62,081 bases of DNA from Planctomycetota bacterium (GTDB taxonomy: Bacteria; Planctomycetota; Phycisphaerae; SM23-33). Where the stretch lies: assembly GCA_012729725.1 (NCBI GenBank), contig JAAYCO010000207.1:1-62081 (forward strand), in the 5' to 3' direction. Of this stretch, positions 20,147 to 29,882 are shown in pieces (position 1 is the stretch's first letter; the number at the start of each line of letters is the position of its first letter). The translations under genes and the position numbers were made by a program. The notes under the pieces are model-generated. The model saw only the letters and a program-made list of their open reading frames with translations. It was not told the DNA's origin and did not search any database.

Positions 20147-20752
20147 CTAATCATGGTTGGCCCGGGTCGCGCCTTGCTTCTCCAGAAGACCTGTTTCGAG
20201 CCGGCGCAACTGCCCGGCGACGCTTGCGTCAAACAAACGGTCTCCAACTTTTATGGTCATGCCGCCAAGCAGCTTCCTGTCAACCTTCAGCTTCAGCACA
20301 GGCTCGTGCGTCACAAGCTTCCTCAGTGCATCTTTGATCTCATTCAGCAGGGCCGGGTCCAGAGCAAGCGCGCTGGTGACGGTGGCCTCGACTCTGCCGC
20401 GCCTCTTGTCCAGCCTCTGGCGATACGTGTAGACAATTGCCCGCAGCAGGTTCAGGCGTTTTTTCCTGGCCAGCAGCGACAGCAGGCCCGCGCACTCCCT
20501 GCTGAGCCTGTCGGTGAAGATTCGCTCGACCAGCAACTTTCGTTGAACCGGCGACAGAGGCGAAGCCGTAAGCATTTCCTCGAAGCCGTCGATTGAATCC
20601 ATCGCATGCGTCAGCCAGTCCAACTCGGCCAGGATTTCCTGCGCCTTTTGATCGTCAGAAGCAAGATTCAACAGGGCCTGGGCATACTCCCCCGCCACGG
20701 GAAGCTTGCGGGGATCCATCACAGTTTGATGCTCGGCGCGAGGCGCAGCCAT
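20147..20752 (-). CDS. atpH: ATP synthase delta subunit
   Basis: YAQALL, VTSA..L, LLGG..IKVGD..FDASV. Confidence 0.95.
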   Translation of the reverse strand: MAAPRAEHQTVMDPRKLPVAGEYAQALLNLASDDQKAQEILAELDWLTHAMDSIDGFEEMLTASPLSPVQRKLLVERIFTDRLSRECAGLLSLLARKKRLNLLRAIVYTYRQRLDKRRGRVEATVTSALALDPALLNEIKDALRKLVTHEPVLKLKVDRKLLGGMTIKVGDRLFDASVAGQLRRLETGLLEKQGATRANHD

Positions 20753-20754
20753 TT

Positions 20755-21342
20755 TCAGGCCTCCGGCCTTTCCCGCGCCATTTCTTCCAGCGCGCGTTGA
20801 ACCATCCGCCGTTGTTCATCTTCACCAAGCGTCTGTTCGAGAATCTTCGCAGCCATTTCGGTGGCAAGCCTGGTTGTGGCGCCGTGCAGATCCTTCATCG
20901 CATCCTGCCGGGCGCGCTCGATGTCCTGCTTCATCGCGTCGGCGTTCTCTTTGGCTTCTTCTCTGCTCTTGGTGAGCAGAAGCTCGCGTGCAGTGACTGC
21001 CTCCTGGTGAGTCTTGGCCACCAGCTCCTTCGCGTCGGCCTCCGCCTGTTCCATGCGCCGGCGATACTGCTCAAGAAGCTCCTGGGCTTCCTGATTCTGG
21101 CGCTTGGCGTCATCGATCTGCCGAGCGATGGCTTCTTCCCTGCGTCGAAGCTGAGCAACCAGCGGTTTCCAGGCCCAATGCCCCAGAACAGCCAGCAGCA
21201 CGAGAAAAATAACCATGGCCGCAAGGCCCTGGCCCATGTTGCCAAAGTCAAAGCCTTCCGACGCAAGCGACGGCGACGCCAGCAGTAGCACTGGGGCAGC
21301 TAGCAACAATGCCTTGCGGATACTGAATAATGGCTCGGCCAT
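20755..21342 (-). CDS. atpF: ATP synthase Fo b subunit
   Basis: TM IFLVLLAVL..WAWKP..RRREEAI then coiled coil. Confidence 0.95.
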   Translation of the reverse strand: MAEPLFSIRKALLLAAPVLLLASPSLASEGFDFGNMGQGLAAMVIFLVLLAVLGHWAWKPLVAQLRRREEAIARQIDDAKRQNQEAQELLEQYRRRMEQAEADAKELVAKTHQEAVTARELLLTKSREEAKENADAMKQDIERARQDAMKDLHGATTRLATEMAAKILEQTLGEDEQRRMVQRALEEMARERPEA

Positions 21343-21363
21343 GGCGCGGCTCCGTGCGATGAA

Positions 21364-21708
21364 CTAAACGAACAGAACGCCAAGCAGGCAGATGACCATG
21401 GCGAAGAGCATGCCGCCTTCGATCATGGCCGCCGTGACAATCATGGGGGCGAACATCGCGCCGCTGGCTTCGGGCTGGCGAGCAATGGCTTCGATGGTGT
21501 TGCCGCCCACCCTGGCGATGCCAAGCCCGCCGCCAACCGCAGCCAAGCCCGCACCCAGGCACGCGCCCACAATGCCCAAAGCCCGTGCTATGGGAAAAGC
21601 AGCGGCGCCGCTAGCTTCGTCGGCGGGGGCGTTATCCTGAGCCGAGGCGCTCGCCGCCAGAGCCAGAACAACCAGAGCCGCTGTTAGAACCGTACGTCCC
21701 ATCTTCAT
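21364..21708 (-). CDS. atpE: ATP synthase Fo c subunit with N-terminal extension
   Basis: GxGxG stretch, ARQPE loop, MIEG carboxylate; AGGAG RBS. Confidence 0.95.
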   Translation of the reverse strand: MKMGRTVLTAALVVLALAASASAQDNAPADEASGAAAFPIARALGIVGACLGAGLAAVGGGLGIARVGGNTIEAIARQPEASGAMFAPMIVTAAMIEGGMLFAMVICLLGVLFV

Positions 21709-21785
21709 TTCCTTCTCCTGAAAACGCATGTGCCCACTCCATGCGGGACACAAAAGTTCCATCGTACCACGAAAACCCAAAGTCC

Positions 21786-22718
21786 TCAATGGGCGTTTTG
21801 GGCATCATCGCCGTGCCCCTCGACGTACAAGCCCAGGAACATTGCGGTTAAAAACGTGAAGATATAAGCCTGAAGTCCCGCCACCAGCAGTTCAAGTATG
21901 CTGGCCGCCACGCTGCCCAGAATGCACAGCGGAGCGACATAGAAAACATGCGGCGTTGCTTCGCGCAGAAAACCCGACAAAGTCTGAAGAATGAACATCA
22001 TCAGCACGCCCAACAGCACGTGCCCCGCCATCATGTTCGCAAACAGACGCACCATAAGCGCAAAGCACTTCGCAAACACGCCTATCAGTTCCAGTATCGC
22101 CAGCGGAAGGCTCATTATCCTGCCTATCGTGCCGGATATGGGCGGGCTGAGGCTGATCGCCCACAGGAAAGGAGAGGCCGCGTAACACATCAGGATCGGC
22201 CAGCCCCGCGTATGCCGGCAGCGCAGCGCCTGCTTCTTAAGACCCATAAGCAGAATGGTCACCAGTGTAGTCAGGCCCAACGCAACGCAAACCGACGCGA
22301 TGGCCGTGGGGGCAGCCCCCGCCAGCGGAAGCCCTATCAACTGCGTCAGCGATTCCAACGGCACGATACTCAGCAGGTTGTTGCCCAGCAGAAACACGAA
22401 CAGCGTCAGCAGATACGGCAGGAAGTCGTACGCCTTGTCGTGCAGCGCCTGGCGGGCGATCATGTCGCGGACGAATATGATGAGGACTTCCAGCAGATTG
22501 TCGGCCCCGGCAGGAGCGTCGGCATTGTGCTTCAACCGCCGCCGGGCCAAAGGAAGAATGACTCCAATCAGGACGATCGCGACGACGATCATGCCGGCGA
22601 TGGCGCTGGACATGATGGTCACGTCCATGCCCCACAGATGAACCTTTGTCCACGCCCATGGCCATTCATGGTCAGAGACATGGTGTATCAGATCAACTTG
22701 CGCCAGCACCTTTATCAC
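21786..22718 (-). CDS. atpB: ATP synthase Fo a subunit
   Basis: FALMVRLFANMMAGH, LQAYIFTFL. Confidence 0.95.
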   Translation of the reverse strand: MIKVLAQVDLIHHVSDHEWPWAWTKVHLWGMDVTIMSSAIAGMIVVAIVLIGVILPLARRRLKHNADAPAGADNLLEVLIIFVRDMIARQALHDKAYDFLPYLLTLFVFLLGNNLLSIVPLESLTQLIGLPLAGAAPTAIASVCVALGLTTLVTILLMGLKKQALRCRHTRGWPILMCYAASPFLWAISLSPPISGTIGRIMSLPLAILELIGVFAKCFALMVRLFANMMAGHVLLGVLMMFILQTLSGFLREATPHVFYVAPLCILGSVAASILELLVAGLQAYIFTFLTAMFLGLYVEGHGDDAQNAH

Positions 22719-23187
22719 CCTTCACGTCTTTTTCGCCGGCCTGCATCCGATTCCGCCGGCCCAACCTGCTTAATGCCTCGAGGATCGCTCCTCGATGCAA
22801 CGCCCTGGTCAGCCAGCCGACCTCGGTGAACAGCATGGCGATGTACAAAACGAACATCCATATCAACAACGGCGAGAGCGGCAGAGCCAACAGCCACCAT
22901 CCGACGACTGTCAAAGCCATGCACACGCCGATGCGTATCATTGAAACCATCACGAACATCATTGCTGCGGCCGCGGCGCCGTCCTTCGCCGATCGGGCGA
23001 TCAACAGCCCGCTCACGAGCATCGCCGTCATCACAACCGCCATCGCCCAGGCCATTGCATGGAGGCCGTCGATCTGCGACCAGTACACCGTGGGATACCA
23101 GCCCAGGCCGCCCACAACAAGGGCAACCGCGAGCACCCAGCCCAGAAGCGCCCAGATGCTGATGCGTATTGGCTGTGCTTCGGACAT
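22693..23187 (-). CDS. Multi-TM membrane protein, ATP synthase protein I-like
   Basis: About five hydrophobic segments, between atpZ-like gene and atpB; GGAG RBS before ATG 23187. Confidence 0.65.
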   Translation of the reverse strand: MSEAQPIRISIWALLGWVLAVALVVGGLGWYPTVYWSQIDGLHAMAWAMAVVMTAMLVSGLLIARSAKDGAAAAAMMFVMVSMIRIGVCMALTVVGWWLLALPLSPLLIWMFVLYIAMLFTEVGWLTRALHRGAILEALSRLGRRNRMQAGEKDVKGDKGAGAS

Positions 23188-23222
23188 CCATTCTCCATAA
23201 TGGCCTGAAGCGGCCCGGACGG

Positions 23223-23435
23223 CTATTTGCGTTTCACGTCCAGACTCCTGGCAATCTTCACAAGGCGGTGCACTCCCCCGGCAAACCCCAGAACCGTCCC
23301 CACGATCGTCCAAACCGGCAGGCTGTCAAAGCGCCGGTCCAGAAGCAAGCCCGCCATCACCATCAGCCCGAATATCGCCAGGAACTCGATTCCGGCAGTA
23401 GCGTACTGCATCAGGTTAGGCGGTCGATATTTCAT
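23223..23435 (-). CDS. AtpZ/AtpI family 2-TM protein
   Basis: GLLLDRRF...P.W...G..LGF..G pattern; first gene of atp operon. Confidence 0.85.
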   Translation of the reverse strand: MKYRPPNLMQYATAGIEFLAIFGLMVMAGLLLDRRFDSLPVWTIVGTVLGFAGGVHRLVKIARSLDVKRK

Positions 23436-23484
23436 GATTCCTCACCGCCGATGCGCGCTGTCAAACAGGCAAAAACCAGGCTGT

Positions 23485-23514
23485 AGCATATGGTCGCGGC
23501 GACTGCGTTGTCAA
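23485..23514 (-). promoter_or_regulatory. Putative atp operon promoter
   Basis: TTGACA-18 nt-TATGCT. Confidence 0.55.
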
Positions 23515-23669
23515 GGAACCCTTCGTGAATACGACACTGTCATGCTGGTGCACGGTCTGCTGCTTCACCTCCTCCCCCGCCCGCCGGGAGGATAAAGAAG
23601 AACCTTCGGCAAAAACGCTTGGCCAGGGGCCGGCAGGACAGTAGCATGCACATCGCGGAGATCAACACG

Positions 23670-25004
23670 ATGCGGGTTCTCATACTGCAGTTCACCGACC
23701 CCACGCAGGATACCCCCACGCCATTGTTTTCGCACAATATCGGGGTCCTGTGCTCGTGCTTGAAGGAACGCAAGTTCACCGCGTCGGTGGTGGCGCTCAA
23801 CGGATACCAGCCTGGCAAGCTGCGAGCGGCTATGATCGAGAATCGCCCGCAATATGTGCTTGTTGATATGCCCATCCTCAGCGCCACCGCCGCCAGGCGG
23901 ACGATCGCGGATGTGGCATGGCAGTTCGCGCTTCCAGTGGCGGTAATGGGGCACTATCCAACATGCCAGCCGTCGCGAGCTATAAGCATTCCGGGCGTCA
24001 GCGCCCTGTTCCTGGGCGAATACGAACGACCCGCCGTTGACTTTTTGCAGGACGTCCGCAGCCAGTTCGACTCGTCGGGCCTCCAGGGCGTTTGGCTCAA
24101 CACCGCCGAGGGCCTGGTGAAGGGCGCGCCACGCCCTGTCGAGACGAACCTGGACTCGTTGCCTTTTCCGGATCGTGATGTTTTTGATTACGGCAAGATC
24201 GTCGCCGCCACCGGCGAAGCCGCCTTCAAGGCCGCTCGCGGCTGCGCGAGATGGTGCGGCCAGTGCATCAACGATATCTATGTAGACTTGCACCAGGAAA
24301 CCAACAACGTGCGCCGCAGGAGCGTCGGCAACCTGCTTGCGGAGATAAGCGATGTTATCGCCAGGTATGAAGGCGTCAAACGCATAAGGTTCTACGATCA
24401 TGCATTTGCGTGCGACCTGGCGTGGCTCAGAGAATTCGCCGCCAGATATCGATCGTCCGTATCGCTGCCGTACTCCTGCTATGTGCCTCTTGAGGATGTT
24501 TGCGCCGAGACCGCCGAACTGCTCGCATCGAGCGGCTGCAATCGGGTTGATACGATGATCGGCTCAGGCAGCAGGTTCATACGAGATGAGGTTCAGACCA
24601 TCCACGTGAGCAACGAGCAGATTATCGGCGGCTGCGCCCTGTTGCGCCAGTGCGGCATAGATATCTTCGCGGACGTTTATGTCGGCCTGCCTTACGAAAC
24701 GCAGATTACCTTTGAAGACACGATCAACCTGGTGGCGAAGACCCAGGTTCGCAACATCAGGCCGGTGATTTATTACCCGTTGACCGGCACTCGTGCCGCC
24801 GACATGTGCAGAGAGAACGGCTGGGTCAGTGGCAGAGGCGAGGAATGCTATTGGCGCGGACGAAGCGTTCTGGACATGCCTTCTCTTCCGGCAAGAAGCA
24901 TAAACGACCTGGCGCAGAAACTGCCGTCAATGCTCAAACGGCGAAGAGGTCTGAGGATCAGGCAGTGGCTTTCGTCGGTCTTTTCCGCCCCGAAGAACGG
25001 CTGA
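23670..25004 (+). CDS. B12-binding-domain radical SAM protein
   Basis: N-terminal B12-BD-like region (G.YPT, GEYE, LDSLPFPDR), RGCARWCGQC CxxxCxxC, GLPYET, PLTGT. Confidence 0.8.
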   Translation: MRVLILQFTDPTQDTPTPLFSHNIGVLCSCLKERKFTASVVALNGYQPGKLRAAMIENRPQYVLVDMPILSATAARRTIADVAWQFALPVAVMGHYPTCQPSRAISIPGVSALFLGEYERPAVDFLQDVRSQFDSSGLQGVWLNTAEGLVKGAPRPVETNLDSLPFPDRDVFDYGKIVAATGEAAFKAARGCARWCGQCINDIYVDLHQETNNVRRRSVGNLLAEISDVIARYEGVKRIRFYDHAFACDLAWLREFAARYRSSVSLPYSCYVPLEDVCAETAELLASSGCNRVDTMIGSGSRFIRDEVQTIHVSNEQIIGGCALLRQCGIDIFADVYVGLPYETQITFEDTINLVAKTQVRNIRPVIYYPLTGTRAADMCRENGWVSGRGEECYWRGRSVLDMPSLPARSINDLAQKLPSMLKRRRGLRIRQWLSSVFSAPKNG

Positions 25005-25013
25005 TGCCGGCGC

Positions 25014-26660
25014 TCACTCGACTATCAGTTGGTGCTCCGACCGCCTGACGAACTGGTGCCTCTGCCACACCGAATCAGAACTGTTGAAGTCTTCCCGGTA
25101 ATGAACGCCGCGTGTTTCGGTTCGGCGCAAGGCACTTTCCACGATGATATGGGCGGCGGTCAGCATGTTCTGAACTTCCCAACCGGCGGGATCCATGAAC
25201 TCTTTATCAAGCACGTACTGCTGCCAGAAGCTGATGATATCGAGCGTTTCGGTCAGGCGCTGGCCGTTGCGGATAATACCCACGTTGCGCCACATCAGAG
25301 ATCGCAGCGAGTTGCGGATGTCCGTCAGGTCCAGTTCCGTGCGAAGAGAAACGGGGTTCGACCAGTCGATCTGTTTGGCGGCGAACTTGTCGTTCACTTC
25401 AGCGAGGCGCTGGCCTGCTTCCCTGCCGGTAATTTCTCCAAAGACCAGTGCTTCAGTAAGACTGTTCGATGCAAGGCGGTTGGCGCCGTGCAGGCCGGTG
25501 CATGCCGCCTCGCCGCAGGCATAGAGGTTGTCAAGCGAGGTTCTGCCGGCAATGTCTGTCTTCGCCCCGCCGATCATGTAGTGCGCTGCTGGATGAACGG
25601 GGATCAGGTCTTTTGACGGATCCAGCCCAAAGCTGCGGCACTTGGCGTCAATCTGCGGGAACCGTTTGGAGAATGCCTGGGCGCCCATGTGGCGGACGTC
25701 CAGGAACACGTGCGTCGAGTTCGTTTTGGCCATTTGCTCGTGTATGGCCCTGCTGACGATATCTCGCGGCGCCAGCTCGCCCATTTTGTCGTACTCGAGC
25801 ATGAACCTTTTGCCTGTTCTGTCCAGCAGAAGCGCGCCTTCGCCTCGCACGGCCTCACTGATGAGCGACCTGGTGGCGCCGGCGACGTACAGCGTGGTCG
25901 GATGAAACTGCATCATCTCGGCGTCAGCTATGGTCACCCCGGCCCGAAAGGCCATGGCCATCGCATCAGCGGTGGCGACAGTCGGATTGGTGGTTTCGCG
26001 CCACAACGACCCGGCAGCGCCGGCGGCAAGAATCGTCTGCCGCGATCTTATAACCTGCAGCCCATACCGTGGGTGAAAAGTCAGTGCGCCAACGCAGGCA
26101 GCGCCGGCGCCGCCCGTGGGCGGGTCGGTCAGAAGATCGATGACGAAGCAGTTGTCGAACGTCTTAATGTTCTGTGTCTGGCGGGCCTTGCGCAGCAGAG
26201 CCTCGGCCAGGGCCTTTCCGGTGGCGTCGCCGCAGGAGTGCACGATTCGGTTTGCGCTGTGTCCGCCCTCTCGGCCCAGGCTTAGCCTTGAGCCCTTCAT
26301 ATCGAAGTGCATTCCCCACTGCCTGAGCTGCTCGATCATCACCGGGGCGCGATGAACGACCAGGCGAATGACAGCCTCGTCGCCGAGGCCACACCCGGTG
26401 GCGATAGTGTCGGCTATGTGCTTGTCGAATGAATCCTTCGGATCCAGCACTGCAGCAAGTCCGCCCTGGGCGTAAGCCGTGTTGGATTCTTCAGGCGAGG
26501 TCTTGGCGGTAACGATGACCTGCCCGTACTGGGCTGCCTCAATCGCCGCTCGCAGGCCGGCAGCGCCCGATCCTATCACCAGAACATCGGTGAAAATATG
26601 CGGCAGCTTGCGACTCTCGAAGCTCAGGAGATAACGTCTCTGGAGATACATGCTGGTCAT
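25014..26660 (-). CDS. nadB: L-aspartate oxidase
   Basis: GSGAAG, AQGG, EGGHS, QFHPT, ISEAVRGEG, HGANRLASNSL. Confidence 0.95.
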   Translation of the reverse strand: MTSMYLQRRYLLSFESRKLPHIFTDVLVIGSGAAGLRAAIEAAQYGQVIVTAKTSPEESNTAYAQGGLAAVLDPKDSFDKHIADTIATGCGLGDEAVIRLVVHRAPVMIEQLRQWGMHFDMKGSRLSLGREGGHSANRIVHSCGDATGKALAEALLRKARQTQNIKTFDNCFVIDLLTDPPTGGAGAACVGALTFHPRYGLQVIRSRQTILAAGAAGSLWRETTNPTVATADAMAMAFRAGVTIADAEMMQFHPTTLYVAGATRSLISEAVRGEGALLLDRTGKRFMLEYDKMGELAPRDIVSRAIHEQMAKTNSTHVFLDVRHMGAQAFSKRFPQIDAKCRSFGLDPSKDLIPVHPAAHYMIGGAKTDIAGRTSLDNLYACGEAACTGLHGANRLASNSLTEALVFGEITGREAGQRLAEVNDKFAAKQIDWSNPVSLRTELDLTDIRNSLRSLMWRNVGIIRNGQRLTETLDIISFWQQYVLDKEFMDPAGWEVQNMLTAAHIIVESALRRTETRGVHYREDFNSSDSVWQRHQFVRRSEHQLIVE

Positions 26661-26668
26661 GACAGTTT

Positions 26669-27091
26669 TCAGACAATGCTCTTGCGAATGGCTTGGGCAA
26701 GAGCCTCCGCTTCACCCGGCGGGTACGAACCGGCCGGCCAGTTGAAGCGAAAATCGTCGTTCTCGTTTCTGGGGATAATGTGGAAATGGACATGCTGCAC
26801 CAGTTGGTGCGCCACACGCCCGTTGTTCTGAAGCACGTTAACTCCCTGGCAAGCGGTGACTTTCTTGACCGCTCTCACGAGGGCGGGAAGATTCTTCAGC
26901 ATTTCACCTGCCGCCTGGGCCGGCATTTCGTCAACAGTCACGAAATGCCCCTTGGGAATCAGCAGCGCATGTCCCTTGGCCAGAGGATTTATGTCGAGAA
27001 AGGCCAGCGAGAACTCATCTTCCATGACCTTCTGGGCAGGGATCGCGCCGGACAGTATCTTGCAGAAGATGCACGATTCGTCGCTTTTCAT
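26669..27091 (-). CDS. HIT family nucleotide hydrolase
   Basis: CIFCKI, DINP, HVHFH. Confidence 0.93.
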   Translation of the reverse strand: MKSDESCIFCKILSGAIPAQKVMEDEFSLAFLDINPLAKGHALLIPKGHFVTVDEMPAQAAGEMLKNLPALVRAVKKVTACQGVNVLQNNGRVAHQLVQHVHFHIIPRNENDDFRFNWPAGSYPPGEAEALAQAIRKSIV

Positions 27092-27103
27092 GCTTCCTTC
27101 TCC

Positions 27104-27139
27104 AAAAACATTGCGGCGGTCACTGGGGCCGCCGCAAAA
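27104..27139 (-). terminator. Terminator at the end of the ribosomal superoperon
   Basis: TTGCGGCGG/CCGCCGCAA stem followed on minus strand by TGTTTTT, just downstream of rplQ. Confidence 0.65.
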
Positions 27140-27166
27140 GTCGACTAGTGCTGGAAAAGCCGATGG

Positions 27167-27694
27167 TTACTGCTGATCGGCGGGCTTTTCCTCGGCGTCC
27201 TGCGATGCAGGGGCAGTCTCAACAGCCTTGGCTGCTTCCTGTCGCTTGGCGGCTCGCCGCTGACGCCTTCCGGAACCGGACTGACCGGCGCCGCTGTCAG
27301 AGGCCTCGACCAGCTGAAGCAGAACCTGCTTGCCGGCGTCGCCAATACGGCGATCCGCAAGATGCACGATGCGGGTGTATCCGCCGGGTCTGCTGGCGTA
27401 TCGCGGGGCGATCTCGTCAAAGAGCTTCTGGACAATCGTCTTGTCCTGAATATCACCCTCGTCGTTGGCCATTACGCCGTCGCCGAGCACCGAAATCACC
27501 TGACGGCGAGCCGCCAGCGTGCCGGTCTTTGCAACAGTGATCAGCCGCTCCGCGAATCGGCGCAACTCCTTGGCCTTGACCTCGGTAGTGCGAATCGCCT
27601 CGTGCTGAAACAGCGATTTAGTCATGTTTCGCCGCAGCGCCCTTCTGTGGGCGGTGTTGCGGCTCAATTGTTTGCCTGCTACTTTGTGACGCAT
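27167..27694 (-). CDS. rplQ: 50S ribosomal protein L17
   Basis: MRH...LSR..AHR, RPGGYTRI. Confidence 0.98.
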   Translation of the reverse strand: MRHKVAGKQLSRNTAHRRALRRNMTKSLFQHEAIRTTEVKAKELRRFAERLITVAKTGTLAARRQVISVLGDGVMANDEGDIQDKTIVQKLFDEIAPRYASRPGGYTRIVHLADRRIGDAGKQVLLQLVEASDSGAGQSGSGRRQRRAAKRQEAAKAVETAPASQDAEEKPADQQ

Positions 27695-27739
27695 GAGACA
27701 ACCTTCTATAGGGTTCTGGGGCTGATAATTCCTGATACT

Positions 27740-28744
27740 TTACTGTGGTTCGCCCACGCCCGCCGGAACGGCCATGCCCAAGGTCAGGCCAAGGTCGGTC
27801 AGACGGCGCTTCACTTCACGCAGAGAAGTCTTGCCAAAGCTGCGAATCTTGAGCAGTTCCGCCTCGGTAAGCCGCACTAACTGGCCTACCGTCTCGATCT
27901 TAGCTGCCTCAAGACAGTTGTTGGCGCGAACCGAAAGCTCCAGTTCATGAACGCTCATCGAGAACTTCTTCTGAAGCTCGACGTCAACGCCCTGCTGCAC
28001 TTCAACCGGACCAGTTTCGATGATCTGCTCGCCAAGCTCGAAGTACTGCACGAACGGGTTAAGGTGCTTGCGAAGGATCTTGGCTGCCTCGACCATCGCC
28101 ATTTCCGGGGTGATCGTGCCGTTTGTCCAGATTTCCAGCACCAGGCGGTCGTAGTTCGTCTTCTGCCCGACGCGGGTGTCTTCCGTCCGATATCGAACGC
28201 GTGTGACGGGGCTGAAGGAGGCGTCAACATAGATCAGGCCGGCTTCCTGGTCGGCGTCGGGATCGATCATCTCTTCCGACGGCACGTACCCGCGACCGGT
28301 CTGGACGCGAAGCTCCATCGAGAACGGGATGTTCTCTGATAGCGTCGCCAGCACCAGATCACGGTTGATGATTTCGATGGCCGGGTCTGCCTCGATCATG
28401 TCGGCGGTAATGGGACCCTTGACCTCGCTTCGAACAGAGATCGTGCGGGTTCCTTCCGCGTGGCTCTTCACCACGAGGCTCTTGATGTTGAGCACTATGT
28501 CGGCGACATCTTCAATAACGCCGGGAATCGCCATGAACTCATGATCGGCGCCGTTGATCTTGATGCCCGTAACCGCTGCTCCTTCGAGGCTGCTCAGCAG
28601 TATCCGCCGCAGAGAGTTGCCGACGGTAATGCCAAAGCCTCTCTCGAACGGTTCAACTACGAACCGTCCGTAGGTAGGAGTGGAAACGGCCTGATCGCTC
28701 ACGACGCGCGACGGTAACTCTAGGCCTCGCCACCTGATTCGCAT
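27740..28744 (-). CDS. rpoA: RNA polymerase alpha subunit
   Basis: EPFERGFG.TVGNSLRR.LLSS, LSVRANNCL. Confidence 0.99.
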   Translation of the reverse strand: MRIRWRGLELPSRVVSDQAVSTPTYGRFVVEPFERGFGITVGNSLRRILLSSLEGAAVTGIKINGADHEFMAIPGVIEDVADIVLNIKSLVVKSHAEGTRTISVRSEVKGPITADMIEADPAIEIINRDLVLATLSENIPFSMELRVQTGRGYVPSEEMIDPDADQEAGLIYVDASFSPVTRVRYRTEDTRVGQKTNYDRLVLEIWTNGTITPEMAMVEAAKILRKHLNPFVQYFELGEQIIETGPVEVQQGVDVELQKKFSMSVHELELSVRANNCLEAAKIETVGQLVRLTEAELLKIRSFGKTSLREVKRRLTDLGLTLGMAVPAGVGEPQ

Positions 28745-28800
28745 TTATCTTGCCTCCCAATACTGGGTTTCTTATGGTTTTAATCTGCGTATTGCGCCAT

Positions 28801-29433
28801 TTAGCGGCTGCAAAGCTCGACGATACGGTTTTCCTCGACCGGGATCATGACGTCTTCCCTGGTCGGCACAGCCACAATCTCGCCTTCAAGCTTCACCATG
28901 TCCAGCTTCATCCAGTTCTGGAGGTGCGGCTCGCCCAGTTCTTCGAGGTGGCCGCGGACAAGCTTACGAGACTTTTCCGAATCTCTGACCGTGATCTTGT
29001 CGCCCACACGCACCAGGTAGCCTGGAACGCTCGTCCTTCTACCGTTGACATGGAAATGTCCATGTGCGATGGCGACCCTGGCGCCGGCCCTGGAGGGGGC
29101 GAGGCCAAGTTTGTATATCACGTTGTCGAGACGGCGTTCAAGCATGCTCAGAAGAGTGGCGCCGGTGTTTCCCGTGCCCTTGACGGCTTCGCCGAAGTAC
29201 TTCATGAACTGGCTTTCATAGACGCCGTAATATCGCTTGACCTTCTGCTTCTCGCGGAGGCGCAGCGAATATTCGCTTCCCCTGCCTCTGCGCCAGCTAT
29301 GCTGGCCGGGCGGGAAGTTTCGCCACTGACGCTCGATCGGGCACTTTGCGGTTTCGCATCGCGCGCCCTTGAGCATCAGCTTGAGGCCTTCGCGGCGGCA
29401 CTGCCTGCATTTCGGTCCTACATATCGTCCCAT
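28801..29433 (-). CDS. rpsD: 30S ribosomal protein S4
   Basis: RY.GP.C..CRREG, LREKQK, LERRLDN. Confidence 0.99.
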   Translation of the reverse strand: MGRYVGPKCRQCRREGLKLMLKGARCETAKCPIERQWRNFPPGQHSWRRGRGSEYSLRLREKQKVKRYYGVYESQFMKYFGEAVKGTGNTGATLLSMLERRLDNVIYKLGLAPSRAGARVAIAHGHFHVNGRRTSVPGYLVRVGDKITVRDSEKSRKLVRGHLEELGEPHLQNWMKLDMVKLEGEIVAVPTREDVMIPVEENRIVELCSR

Positions 29434-29495
29434 GTGCTAAACGCTCCTATATGAAGCCCGCCGGCCTGGATAACTTACCGGCGAACTGTCTGCCT

Positions 29496-29879
29496 TTACA
29501 CTCTGCGCTTCTTGGGCGGCCTGCATCCGTTGTGGGGAATCGGAGTGACATCTTCAATGCTGGTCACTTTCAATCCCGCAGCCTGAAGCGCCGTTACCGC
29601 GCTCTCTCTACCGCTACCGGGCCCGTTTACCTCGACCTCAACTTCGACGAGGCCCATTTTGCGGGCCTTGCTGGCAGCGGACTCCGCGGCGCGCTGAGCA
29701 GCAAACGGCGTGCTCTTTCGCGATCCCTTGAAGCCGATCTTGCCTGCCGATTCGGTAACCAGCACGTCGCCGTTGACATCGGTGATCGTGATAAGCGTAT
29801 TGTTGAACGTCGCCTTGACGTGGGCAATGCCCTTGGCGACATGCCTTCTGATCTTCTTGACTTTTCGTGCCTGGGCCAT
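29496..29879 (-). CDS. rpsK: 30S ribosomal protein S11
   Basis: [24 protein letters not shown]. Confidence 0.99.
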   Translation of the reverse strand: MAQARKVKKIRRHVAKGIAHVKATFNNTLITITDVNGDVLVTESAGKIGFKGSRKSTPFAAQRAAESAASKARKMGLVEVEVEVNGPGSGRESAVTALQAAGLKVTSIEDVTPIPHNGCRPPKKRRV

Positions 29880-29882
29880 CGG

